Shown: in pieces, positions 14,445 through 27,270 of the stretch
Layout: the number at the start of each line of letters is the position of its first letter
How positions within the stretch are numbered: the stretch's first letter is position 1
Source of the DNA: Octopus vulgaris
Taxonomy: Eukaryota
NCBI GenBank assembly: GCA_951406725.2
Contig: OX597816.1
Coordinates: forward strand, 12,958,001 to 13,022,000
DNA length: 64,000 bases
Direction of reading: 5' to 3'
Position numbers and translations under genes: made by a program
Notes under the pieces: generated by a model
Database searches by the model: none
What the model was told of the DNA's origin: nothing
What the model saw: the letters and a program-made list of their open reading frames with translations, nothing else

Positions 14445-14527
14445 TTCTCGACATATGTTTCGAAGACTGCATATTCTTAATTCCGAAGGAATAAAGGGTG
14501 CATTATGCCGTCTTCTCACCAGAAAAG
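14445..14527 (-). ncRNA. Hammerhead ribozyme-like motif with long stem II
   Basis: tttt-CTGGTGA-gaagac.gcata...tatgc.gtcttc-GAAA-catatg-TC-gagaa; palindromic stem III and GUC triplet. Confidence 0.65.
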
Positions 14528-14995
14528 ACAAGGAACTTATGTCAGCATCATGACGAACAAATTTCACACAAAACACACAAATTTCCACACGAAAGCACGT
14601 GATTTCTGCCCTTGGCATGTTGTTGATGATGATGATGATGATGATGATGACGATCACGATGATCTTTACTTTTATTGTTGTTTCACGCACCCCCAGTACT
14701 GCCTTTGCGGACGACCAGGGGTCCGCGTACCCCAGGTTTGGAACCACTGGTTTATATGTTTGATATCATTATTGTTGTTTAGCCTGAAGTCATCCCTTAT
14801 AGAAAGCATATATGATGAAACGCACTTCAGCTGAGAGCGTAACGTCTGAGATGGAAGGATATATATATATATATAATTCGAGGAAGATTCCGCTGCTCTT
14901 TCTAGCAGAGTGATCAACCACGTTGAGATTCCGCCTTATTAAGAAGGATACTGGACTGCTGCTACTGCTGCTACTTCTGCTGTTGTTGTTGTTGT

Positions 14996-15058
<63 letters not shown>

Positions 15059-15312
15059 CGATCACGATGATCTTTACTTTTATTGTTGTTTCCATGATGT
15101 ACTGCTTGGGAATAAGGGAGATGTATAGCTGTCAAATGAACAGGATATAATTTTGGAAAGACGATGAATGAGTCGGATGATGGGAAGAGGGAAAAAGAAG
15201 GTGATGGTATGGGGGCAATGGGTGATGGGAAAGAAGTGTTTTCAGGAGAAAGACAGGATGACACTAAGGAAGAGAGATAGAGGGACAAGTGAATGAGTAA
15301 GATAGATAGATG

Positions 15313-15401
<89 letters not shown>

Positions 15402-15658
15402 AGAGAGAGAGCTAGATAGATAGAGGGAGAGAGAGAGAGATGTAGATATTTTGATGAAGGAATAGAGAGATTGATAAATATGGGGATAGATGGATACATA
15501 GATGGTTAGATTGAGTGGTTGACTGGTAGATAAGCAGACGTATAGATAAGATGGATAGATATATAGTTTTAAAGATTCATAGAAAAAAAGAAAGAAAGAA
15601 AGTATCATAGTTTCATAGATAGATAGATAAAAAGATATATATATATATATATATATAT

Positions 15659-15726
<68 letters not shown>

Positions 15727-15832
15727 TTAGTTAGTTAGTTAGACAGATAGATAGATAGCTGGATGGCTGGATGGCTGGATGGCTGGATAGTTTCATTGAT
15801 ACATAGACAAATATACATACATACACATCTGC

Positions 15833-15883
<51 letters not shown>

Positions 15884-15939
15884 TTCATACATACATACAT
15901 ACATACATACATACATACATACATACATACATACATACA

Positions 15940-15973
<34 letters not shown>

Positions 15974-16244
15974 CATACATACATATATACATACATATGT
16001 AGGTTATTAGGTAGGTAGGTAGGTAGGTAGGTAGGTAGGTAGGTAGGTAGGTAGGTAGGTAGGTAGGTAGGTAGGTAGGACGGTACGTGGAAGTTAGTTT
16101 GCCACCTAGGTTGGTAGAAATCGCTGTGTATGGGAAAGAGAGAGACTGACAGTAAAAGACGAAATTTAATTAGTACAACATGAACCAAACATGAACCTAA
16201 TTAATCATTATGAAAAAGGACGTAAGACATACAGCTAAATATCG

Positions 16245-16622
16245 TGGTTCACCGTCAGTTCTGACGAGGGTTCCAGTTGACCCGATCAACGGAACAGCCT
16301 GCTCGTGAAATTAACGTGTAAGTGGCAGAGCACTCCACAGATACGTGTACCCTTAACGTAGTTCTCGAGGAGATTCAGTGTGATACGGAGTGTTGCAAGA
16401 CTGGCCCTTTGAAACACAGCTACAAGAGAAAGAGGAAGAAAGAGTGAGAGAAAGTTGTGGTAAAGGAGTACAGCAGGGTTCACCACCACCCCTGCTGGAG
16501 CATCGTGGAGCTTTAAGTGTTTTCGCTTAATAAGCAGTCACAAAGCCCGGTCTGGGAATCGAAACCGCAATCCAATGATCACTTGTCCGCTGCACTAACC
16601 AGTAGGCCATTGCGCCTCCACA
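16245..16622 (-). mobile_element. SINE family C
   Basis: Reverse complement of the 4401-4782 element; agctaaatat repeated on both flanks (TSD-like). Confidence 0.85.
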
Positions 16623-17159
16623 TAGCTAAATATGTGTGACGAATGAAGAGAAAATGAGAGAGAGAAGAGGAAGAGAGAAAGCGAAGGTGAAAATGGGAGA
16701 GAGAGAGAGAGCTTTTAGTGATGTCAGAGAAAGAAGGCAATACAGAAAGAACATTGTTAATAAACTGGAGTGTGTGTAGGGAGAACGAATAAAAGAACGA
16801 TGGAGAAAGTGATAGGGATGGCGTTGTATTGGAAGAAACGGTGTAGAAAGAACGATGGTAGTAAAACGGACAGTGCGTCGAAAGGCTATGAAAAGTAAAG
16901 GGAGAAAATGGGACGGAGATAGTCTCGTCGATAATGGAATGAGGAAGCGGTATAGAGAGAACAATGTTAACAAAAGGAAAGTGTTGTCGCGAAGGAATAT
17001 GAAGAGAAGATAGGAGAGTCTTTATAGAGTTCAATGAAGTTGAAAGTTTATAGATTTCAATGAAGTGTCATTTAAATTTCATCCTGGGGACGCCTGAATT
17101 TTCAAGATTACTTTGGGATTTTCGCTAGTTTACTGATATGGTCATTATTCGTCCATGTA

Positions 17160-17570
17160 CTGGGCGGAGAGCTGGTAGATTCGTTAGCACGCCGGGCGAA
17201 ATGCTTAGCGGTATTTTGTCTGCCACTGCGTTCTGAGTTCAAATTCCGCCGAGGTCGACTTTGCCTTTTATCCTTTCGGGGTGAATTAAACAAGTAGCAG
17301 TTACGCACTGGGGTCGATGTAATCAACTTAATCCGTTTGTCTGTCCTTGTTTGTCCCCTCTATGTTTAGCTCCTTGTGGGTAGTAAAGAAATAGAAATAG
17401 GTATTTCGTTTGTCTTTATGGTATGTGTTCAAGTTCCGCTGAGGTCGACTTTGCTTTTCATCCTTTCGCGGTCGATGAATAAAGTACCAGTTGCGTACTA
17501 GGATCGATCTAATCGACTGGTCCCCTCCCCCTAAATTTCAGTCTTTGTGCCTAGGGTAGAAACGATTATT
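17160..17570 (+). mobile_element. SINE family B, dimeric form
   Basis: Head ggcggagagctggtag...; unit ...caaattccgccgaggtcgactttgccttt...gtaccagtt occurs twice. Confidence 0.85.
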
Positions 17571-17899
17571 CATCCATGTACTTTTGTTGCAGTCATTGCT
17601 TATGATGATGATGGTGATGTTGTTGATGTATTTGTTGTTGTTATTGTCACCGCTGCTATTATCGCTGCTGTTGCTGCTGCTGCTTCTGCTATTGCGAACA
17701 ATGTTACTATGCTTGCTGGTGCTGTCGATGTTGTTGTTGTTATCAATCTCGTTGCTTCTGTTTTATTATTATGTGGTCCTTTCGGGATCGATTAAATAAG
17801 TACCAGTTATGCACTGGGGTCGATGTGATTGACTTAATCCCTTTCCCCAAATTTCAGGCCTTGTGCCTACGGTAGAAATGATTATATCTTTATATATTA

Positions 17900-18750
17900 G
17901 GGATCCAAACTTAGTGCGGGAGCGTAGTCAAAATTGTATAGCAGTAAATAGATTTAAACTCTGTACTATATTGCTTAAGAATTGGAAAATTTTATTGTAT
18001 AATTATAAGGGTAAAAAATTGAAATAGTTTATTACCATAAGACATAAAATACTTTACATAAGAGTGTATAAAGATTTATACACAGTAAGAAGACCCGTAA
18101 CATGCTAAAAAGAGCAGTTCAATCCAAACCACGAGAAAAAGGAATTCTACTGATACCAAATTAATGTATTTGGCCATTAGTAGCGAAACTCGAGTATAGG
18201 ATTAACTAATTTTTCATTCACTCTAGTGCCTATTAGCAGCGTGCCTTCAGAATTCCTTTTTAGAATGTAAGAAGTCCTGTCAAAGGTATTCTCACCTTGT
18301 ATAAACCATTATATACTCTTTTATAAGATATATATATATATAGCCTTATAATTTTCACAGTAAAATTTTCGTAGTTTCAAAGCTTTTATGGTAAGCAGTT
18401 TTAAATTTTATTACTATTTGCTGTCGAATGTAACTGTGCTTGTGTGGTGGACTTGAAACTTATAATATAAAAGTACGTATAATGTATAAGCACGTGTGTT
18501 TTCGGTGCTATTTGATGCATAAATATGGATTAATTTTAGCTACCACACTGAAAATTTAAAGATGGCAAATTAATTTATTTTGCATATTCATAGAGAAACT
18601 CGATTCTGAGGGTGACTACAAAACTTTTTTTCATTCCTTTTGAAATTGCTCTTATTCGTGGTTTGGGTTGTAACTGCCCTTTCTAGCATGTAAGGTGTCA
18701 TGTTAAAGGTCACTTCTTTCGTGTATAAATGCATAAATTGTTTATACACT
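17900..18750. repeat. Old foldback-like element with degenerate inverted/tandem arms
   Basis: 17905-18010 resembles the reverse complement of 18340-18460; 18061-18150 resembles the reverse complement of both 18250-18325 and 18655-18750. Confidence 0.5.
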
Positions 18751-18846
18751 ATCATATATGAAAATATGTTGTCTATTGACTTTATTACGCATGCTAACCA
18801 CCGGTATGAAAATGTTTACTAAATTTTCCACCCATATTATTTTCAC

Positions 18847-18880
<34 letters not shown>

Positions 18881-19481
18881 ATGGACTTCTTTCAGTTTCC
18901 GTCCACTAAATCTACTCACAAGGCTTTGGTCATTCCGAGGCTAAAGTAGGAGACATTTACCCCGAGGTGCCACGCAGTGGGACTGCACCCAGGATCATGT
19001 AGCTGGGAAGCAAGCTTCTGATCACACAGCCACTTCTGCGCATGTTGATTGTTATTGTTATTGTTTTTGTTTTTTAACTACTTCTGTTGATAAGTTCAGC
19101 GTCAAATTCTGTTATTATTGTTGTTGTTGGCATTGTTGTTGTATTGGTAGACAAGATTTAATTTTTAATTAGGAATAATGACTTAAATATTAATCACTGC
19201 AGCTGCTAAAGCAATTATAGAAATAATAATTAATGCTGTTGTTGTTACTGTACTACTACGACATGAGTAACATCAACAAAAAATACTACTACTACTACTA
19301 CTACTACTACTTGTGGCAATGGAGGTACTAGTGGGAGCAGATGTATCCCAGTCATATTAGTCCATTTCAAGCTGATATATTGTTGACTTATATAGAATAA
19401 TTTTCCCCACGCATGTCACACCCACATAGATAGATAGACAGAAATAGATAGATAAATAGATAGATAGATAGATAGATAAAT

Positions 19482-19512
<31 letters not shown>

Positions 19513-19565
19513 TAGATACATAGATACATAGATAGATACATAGATAGATAGATAAATAGATAGAT

Positions 19566-20047
19566 AGGTTTCTTTATTAGCCTCACAGGGCTGCACACAG
19601 ACGGGACAGATTACAAAATAGAGCTCTTCTTTTTAGGGAGAAAAAAGTGGGGTAGGTTTTTTATCAAAAGGGATCGTAAAGGGGAAAGGAGAAAAAGAAA
19701 AAACGATCAATAGGGATCGTGTATCACAGAAATGTCATGATGTAAGGTGTAGAGGGGAAAGCAGATAAGATGTATCCGTGGAAAGAAAAGCCTACGGAAA
19801 AGACCACGGTAACCTCGATCAATATTTTTGCATGTTACCACATTTGTTTGCAAGTGGGTAACCGTCTGTTTTCAATTTCTGGGTTCATAGGATTATGCTC
19901 AAGGTGGCTTCGTCATTCATACGTACCATCCTTGCTACATTCACCCATCGTTTTTTGAAACATTCGCGAGACAAATCTTGCCTCTCCACACTCACTTTCC
20001 TTTTTAAGTGATTCTTGAAGAAGTTGATGAGAGATTGACCAGAGAGA
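19566..20047 (-). mobile_element. L1/Tx1-like LINE 3' end inserted in a (GATA)n array
   Basis: ORF end LSGQSLINFFKNHLKRKVSVERQDLSRECFKKRWVNVARM..LSIIL*, pyrimidine-rich 3'UTR, AATAAA, then (TATC)n. Confidence 0.65.
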
Positions 20048-20075
20048 TTAGATAGATAGATGGATAGATAGATAT

Positions 20076-20187
<112 letters not shown>

Positions 20188-20489
20188 GTAGGGCAATATC
20201 AAAACAAGAGAAACACATACACACACAGGCACACACGAACACATTATTTGAAATTCTGCACTATGATCTATTGAGCCTTACTCGCCCTCCCAGTCTTCCA
20301 TGGGTCGAAACGGACGTAGGGAAACCTTTCAAATTATATTACATTTTACGTAGTATCAGTATTAAACTACCCTTTACCTAGTTTTTAACGACATTTTACT
20401 ATATTTTACTTAGTATCAGTACTGAACTAAGTATCTATACTTACTCAAGGAACAGGCATGTCCATTATGGAAGAATTCTAATGTACATC

Positions 20490-21030
20490 AAATGGCAGAA
20501 TCATGTCCCCAACAAAGATGTCCTCTAGCAAGCAGGAATACCAAGCATGTTTGCGCTCCTCACACAAAGACGTATGAGATGGCTTGGACATGTTAGCCGT
20601 ATGGAAGATGGCAGACTCCCAAAGACATACTCTACGTAGAGCTTGCTAGGGGCACTAAGTCTGTGGGAAGACCGTTCTTACAATACAAGGATGTTTGCAA
20701 AATGGACATGAAGGCCTGCGACATCAATATTAGTAACTGGGAAGCAGTTGCCATCAACCGTGGAGATTGGCGACGTACCATAAAAGAGGTAACACAAAGG
20801 AGTGACAGAGAGAGAGGGGAGAAATGGAAAGACAAGAAAATACGTCAACAAGAAACTATGACATTACAACCAGCCAGGCAAAGTCTTCGCTACATTTGCG
20901 GCAACTGCCAGAGGGAGTGTTTGTCCCGGATAGGACTACACAGCCACAGCAAGAGATGTATTAGGACATGAAATGTAAAAGCTGGACTAGATTATTTTAT
21001 GCGCAACTCCATTGTCTCTCGAGACAAAAA
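20490..21030 (+). mobile_element. RTE (BovB-like) LINE 3' fragment
   Basis: IKWQNHVPNKDVL*QAGIPSMFALLTQRRMRWLGHVSRMEDGRLPKDILY...C-GNC-QRECLSRIGLHSH (terminal C2H2). Confidence 0.9.
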
Positions 21031-21831
21031 GTATACCATCAACTACATTTTACTTAGTATCAGTACTAAACTAAGTACTTATACTTACTTAAGGAACAGG
21101 CATGATGTCCATTATAGAAGAATTCTAATGTATATCGCCGCAGACAAGGGAGATCGATTTGCATTGTTTTTATTTTACGTATATATGGAAGCCTGTATAT
21201 GTATAGTGAACACTAAGCTGACAGATATAACAGATAATTATTTCTTGCCTTATTTCTTTATCTCTATCTTATACCACATTTCATAAGATATTAAATTCAC
21301 TCACTGATTTTAATACTAACCTAGCTACAATTACATTTATCTCACCAGCCACAAGCATCATCCACAATGACTATCATTAGCTCAGCAACAGCCGTAGTGC
21401 TGTCATGGTTTCATATTACTTTCAAAGTGTATCTCCCGCCACCTCAAACCACCACCGTCCTTTATCCGAACTCAAAGGCGTAAACTGAAATCTTTTCTTC
21501 TCCTCTAGTTTTCTCATTTCAACGTGTCGACATACGTATACAGTATTAATTTCCTTTGCAGAAATGCCTCTTCAAAAAAAAAAAAAAAAAATTTCCGACG
21601 ACTTCGACGCCATTGCTTGTTCAGCAGAATCTTCGCCGCCTCTGCAGGCGACATCATCAACGACTCGTACACAGTTTTTCAATCCATTTTCTGATAGAAA
21701 TGATTTTATAGCAACAACAACGAAAACAACAATGAGAAGAGCAACACTTATAATAATAACAATAACAATAACAACATCAGCAACAACAACAATAATAATA
21801 ATCACAATAAAATTTATAATAATAATAATAA

Positions 21832-21862
<31 letters not shown>

Positions 21863-21881
21863 AAGAAGAAGATTGAGAATG

Positions 21882-21933
<52 letters not shown>

Positions 21934-21953
21934 TAATAATAATAATAATAATG

Positions 21954-22025
<72 letters not shown>

Positions 22026-22325
22026 GATATTCGTTTCTAAAAATAAAAATCATGATGCCAAAATTAACAATAAAAGATTTGTTTATGTAATAAAAAAATA
22101 AGATAAATATAACAGAAATGTGTCTATTTTAGATTTAAAGGTTTTTATGTATTTGAATATGTATTTCAAAATTATTGATATTTTTTTTTACTTATTTGTA
22201 ACTTGTGTTCCTGATGCTAGCAATTATTTATTAGATGTTTAGATTTTGTAGCACACAGACGCAGGCACACACAGGCAGAAGCAGATGTACGTCTTCGTAT
22301 ATATACTAAACCACATCTGCCACAA

Positions 22326-22362
<37 letters not shown>

Positions 22363-22792
22363 CCGTACTGATATTGAAAAATACAAAATAAAGAAAAATA
22401 GATAAATATGATAGACATGAAATAAAGATAAAAATACATTGGTTGAATAAAAATATAATTTAAGTAAATTTGTAAATTTGATATATATATATATATATAT
22501 TACATATATATATGTACATATATATACATATACTTACACACATACTCATATATATATTTGTATATATATATGAATATATATACATATATTCATATATATA
22601 TATATATATATATATGCACTCATACAGAAATAGGATTGGGAAAAAATTAAATTGCTTTGCACTACGTTACAGATTGTATAAGTCAGCAAATTTACATCAT
22701 GCTTACATATTATGTAGTCAGGAAAGATGATGTGAGCACGTGTGTAGATGTGGCGGTATGGTCACACATACACACACACATACATACACATT

Positions 22793-22869
<77 letters not shown>

Positions 22870-23139
22870 ACAGACACACACTCACACGTATATGCCGGAC
22901 CGCTGAAATCATTCATTCTATTCGTTTATTTTCTCGTATTCTTTTCTCTTGAAGTTCGCAGGCTCGAAGTGTAAAATATTTTTTTTTATTTCCCTCAGCG
23001 TCAAACTAAGACACTTGCTTGTTGTTCATATCCCTGTCTTCTTCTATTGTTTTTCTATAAATTTCAATTATATATGTATATACTAGTAGTAATGGCATGA
23101 CAACAAAAGAATGAATGTAAATAGAAGAATTTATCTGTA

Positions 23140-23335
23140 ATATAAGTGACAATTATTCGATTGCCATGATAAAACTCCGAGTTTTGGATGTCGGGGCAGC
23201 CGGCATCTCGTCAGTTATCAAGTTCTTTGATAACAGATTGCCTTGATAACTGACGAGATGCCGGAGCAGAGTTCCGCCCTGACATCCGAATATTGGAGTT
23301 TTATCATGGCAACCGAATCATTGTCACATATTATA
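23140..23335. mobile_element. Palindromic element made of two inverted hammerhead-like units
   Basis: Arms 23140-23222 and 23242-23335 are reverse complements; each reads tgataa-CTGACGA-gatgccgg...gacatc-c[G/A]AA[A/T]-...ggagtt-ttatca. Confidence 0.7.
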
Positions 23336-23351
23336 TTATATTATATTATAT

Positions 23352-23399
<48 letters not shown>

Positions 23400-24041
23400 T
23401 CAGGAGTGATGGTATATATATGTATGTATACACAGACACACAGACACACACACACACGTATATGCCGTGAACGAGAAATGTGGGTTCAGTAAAATAAAGC
23501 GTTAATCGTGTTCTATGAACACAAATGTGTCTCTTGACGCCTGCTGGTGCTCTGCATTCATTTTGGTATATGGAATAAGCAGAGGACTTATTGTGCTTGA
23601 GTGCTTGTGGATTATTTACGATGTGTTGCCTTGAATAGACGGCAAGGCCTGCTTTGCTTCGTGCCACAAAACTACAATGAGTTTTAAGACAAAAAGATTA
23701 GAAGATGGTATGAACAAGCTTTATTCCAAATCACTACAGCTGTTTCGGCGTAATTGTACCACCTTTTACTTGATGCTTGTCATACATACTATACACCTTA
23801 TTGCATTAATATGACCCAACAATACAATAGTTGTATATCTGCACGTATGCAGGTGCGTAGGTTACAGAGCACAACTAGACTATCTTTAGTCTCTTTTTGC
23901 TTTTTATACCAGTATGCCATTTTTAGCATTACATTGATAAGGAACAAAACAAAACGAGAAAAATGAGAAAAAGAATATCAAAAATAATTAGTGGAAATGA
24001 AAAATATAAAGTATAACGTAAACAAACCCGATATACAGTTC

Positions 24042-24127
<86 letters not shown>

Positions 24128-24130
24128 TAC

Positions 24131-24664
24131 ATCTATCTCATCAACTTCTTCAAGTACCACTTGAAAAGGAAAGTGAGAGTAGAGAGGCAAGTTTTGTCTA
24201 GCGAATGTTTTAAAAAAAGATGGGTGAATGTAGCAAGAATGGCACGTATGAATGACGAAGTCACCTTGAGCATAATCCTATGAACCCAGAAATTGAAAAC
24301 AGAGATTTGCTTATTTGCAAAAAAAAAAAAAAAAAAAAAAGAAATATAAAATGTGACTTCATTGACCGAGGTTACCGTGGTCTTTTCCGCAGGCTTTTCT
24401 TTCCACGGGTAAACCTCACCTGTCCTCCCCTTTACACTTCATATTGAAATTTCTGTGATAACGATCCCTATTGATCAATTTTTTTTTTTTTCCTCTCCCC
24501 CCTTTTTTTAACCCCCTCCTTTTTTGTCCTCTTTCTCTCCTTTTACGATCCCTTTTGATCGAAACTCCCCCCTTTCCTTTTTTTTTTTTAAACCTTCAAA
24601 AGAAAAGCTCTACCTTGTAATTTGTTCTATCTGTGTGCAGCCCTGTGTGGCTAATAAAGAAACA
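24131..24664 (+). mobile_element. L1/Tx1-like LINE 3' end inserted in a (TATC)n array (second copy)
   Basis: LINFFKYHLKRKVRVERQVLSSECFKKRWVNVARMARMNDEVTLSIIL*; same UTR ending ctaataaagaaaca then (TATC)n. Confidence 0.65.
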
Positions 24665-24729
<65 letters not shown>

Positions 24730-24822
24730 CTATCTGTCTATCTCTCTCTCTCTCTCTCTCTTTATATATATATATATATATATATATATTTACGTATATA
24801 TGTATATATGTACATAAATACA

Positions 24823-26050
24823 CAGGGTTGGGCAAAATAATGGAAACACCAAGCATTATAGCATCGTAATTTTGAAATATCTATAAAACCGTCAAAGGCT
24901 TGTTTATTTATTTTTTTTTTTTTCTTAATATGTTTTGCTAAAATTGTTGTTTCTTTTTAGATATCATCAGGAAAAGGTAATTAAAATTCATTAAAACGAC
25001 AGGTCTATCGGACTTACAAAGAGGTCAAATTGTTGGTGCTCGTATAGCAGGTGCTAATGTAACGAAAACAGCCGAAATGTTTGGTGTATCAAGAAGTATT
25101 TTCTCGAAAGTAATGACAGCCTTTAAGAAAGAGGGAAAAAACCTCCTCGTCGAAAAAAACTCCAGAAGAAAACCAAGACTTTCAGGTAGGGACCGTCGGT
25201 CTCTTATGCGAATTGTTAGAAAGGATCACAAATCAAAATTACTGCAGATCATAATGACCATCTCGAAAACTCAGTTTCCACAAAAAGTGTTCGCCGGGAG
25301 ATGCACAAAGCCGGATTTCACAGGAGGGCTGCAATCAGAAAACCACTACTTTCAAAAACAAAAGTGGAGTAAAAACTTACAGAATTGGTCACTAGAGCAG
25401 TGGAAGAAAGTTATTTTCTCGGAGGAGTCATTACCTAATTTACAATCACCGGCCGAATATACTTGTGAAGACAGCCAAAAGAAGCATTTTACCCAGACTG
25501 CCTTCTTCCAGCTGTTAAAGATTGAGTAGGTTCTGTGATGATTGGTGGTGGGGGGTATATCTTGCAAATCCGCCGGCCCAATGGTTTCCCTTCATGGCAG
25601 AATTAATAGTCAAGTCTATTTAAGTATTTTATCTGATCAAATTCATCCTATGCTTGCGGAACTGTTTCCAGAGGGAAAGGCAATCTTTCAGGATGATAAT
25701 GCACCAACTCACAGTGCTAAAGTTGTTACTGAATGACACAAGGAACATTCTAGTGAAGTTGAACATCTTATCTGGCTACCATAGTCCTCAAATATAAATA
25801 TTATTGAACATCTATGGTGCATTTTAGAAAAACAAGTAAGGAGCCGATATCCACCACCATCATCACTACAAGAACTGGAGACTGTTTTAGCAGAAGAAGG
25901 CAAAAATTCCTTTGGAAACAATTCAAACATTGTACGAGTCCATACCTCGTAGAATTCAAGCTGTAATTACTGCCAAAAGTGGTCCTACCCCATATTAAAA
26001 TAAATTTGTTTGAAATTGTAATGTGTTTCCATTATTTTATCCAACCACTG
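24823..26050 (+). mobile_element. Full-length decayed Tc1 (DD34E-type) transposon, ~1.23 kb
   Basis: ~27-bp TIRs cagggttgggcaaaataatggaaacac / gtgtttccattattttatccaaccactg-TA; transposase pieces [51 protein letters not shown] with frameshifts and stops. Confidence 0.93.
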
Positions 26051-26070
26051 TATATATATACATATATATA

Positions 26071-26146
<76 letters not shown>

Positions 26147-26655
26147 AATAGAGAGAGGTAGAGAGTGGTCGATAGAGAGAGACAGAGGCAGTTATAGAAG
26201 GGTAAATATTTCAGTTCATCTGGCGTGTTGGAACCGAACTACAAACTTTGAATTACAAGCTACTGTTTGAATTTATGTTTTTGTCACGAAGATATCAATT
26301 TTTTATTTATGAATGGCGTTTTTAAAAGAAAGCAACTCCCATACTTATATTTTTTCTTCAAACTACCTACTTTCCAAATCATTTCTCTTGCATTCCATCT
26401 GTCATTTTGCAGTTCAGGCTATCTGTTTCTCTCCCTTTCTCTCTCTTTTTTCCCTCCTCACCTTCTTTCTCTCTCTCTTTCTTTTACACACGCGCAGCTC
26501 ACGTGTACATTTACGTGTTGATGCGCAACTATTATCTTCAGGGAGTCTTCACTTTTTTGCATCACTTTTCCAGTATCATTTTGCCTGCTTATATTATATA
26601 CTCGAAAGATGTTGACTTCATTTATGTAGTGTGCCTTCCTCTCACAGCACTTTTT

Positions 26656-26705
<50 letters not shown>

Positions 26706-27207
26706 CCTCTCACCCTCTCCATGTGTATTCCTACATATTTGTATTTTTCTATGCAGTTATGTGTGAATAGGGAAATCTTTGAATATTTTGTCCGGATGTT
26801 CTTGTTTTTTCTCCCTTTGTATGTGTATACGAATTTTTTATTTTCACAATCATTTATGTATATGCAATGTGTTATTGTATTATTGTACGCACAAATATTT
26901 TCAGATTTTTCTTTTCTCTCCTCTGCCTTTCAACAGAGGCAAGTTGGCATGAAACAGCCCCAACTAATGGATATAAAACATAGACATCTCACCTTTACCA
27001 CTATGTTATTCCTGATATGCTAGCAACACATTTTTCTCACTCTCTTACAAGCATGCTTGTACACACACCTACACATACAAGTATACATACATACATTCAT
27101 ACATACGTGCAAATACACCTACATATATACACATATACACACATACATACATACATTCATATATACGTATATGAATGCATACATTTTTTTATCTATTAAC
27201 TGTGATG

Positions 27208-27270
<63 letters not shown>

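Larger units (their letters stand above)
13378..14749. mobile_element. hAT (Charlie-like) non-autonomous element with nested insertions
   Basis: TIRs cagtggttcc / ggaaccactg; exact 8-bp TSD gtttatat at 13370-13377 and 14750-14757. Confidence 0.8.

Noticed and set aside
21564-22040. 158-aa ORF with poly-T/I/R tracts
   Set aside because: Mostly (AAC)/(AAT)/(AAG) microsatellites
26900-27023. Strong polypyrimidine/CAG acceptor on the plus strand (similar one at ~21560)
   Set aside because: All frames stop soon or are unrecognisable, and no convincing donor; cannot be supported without RNA data
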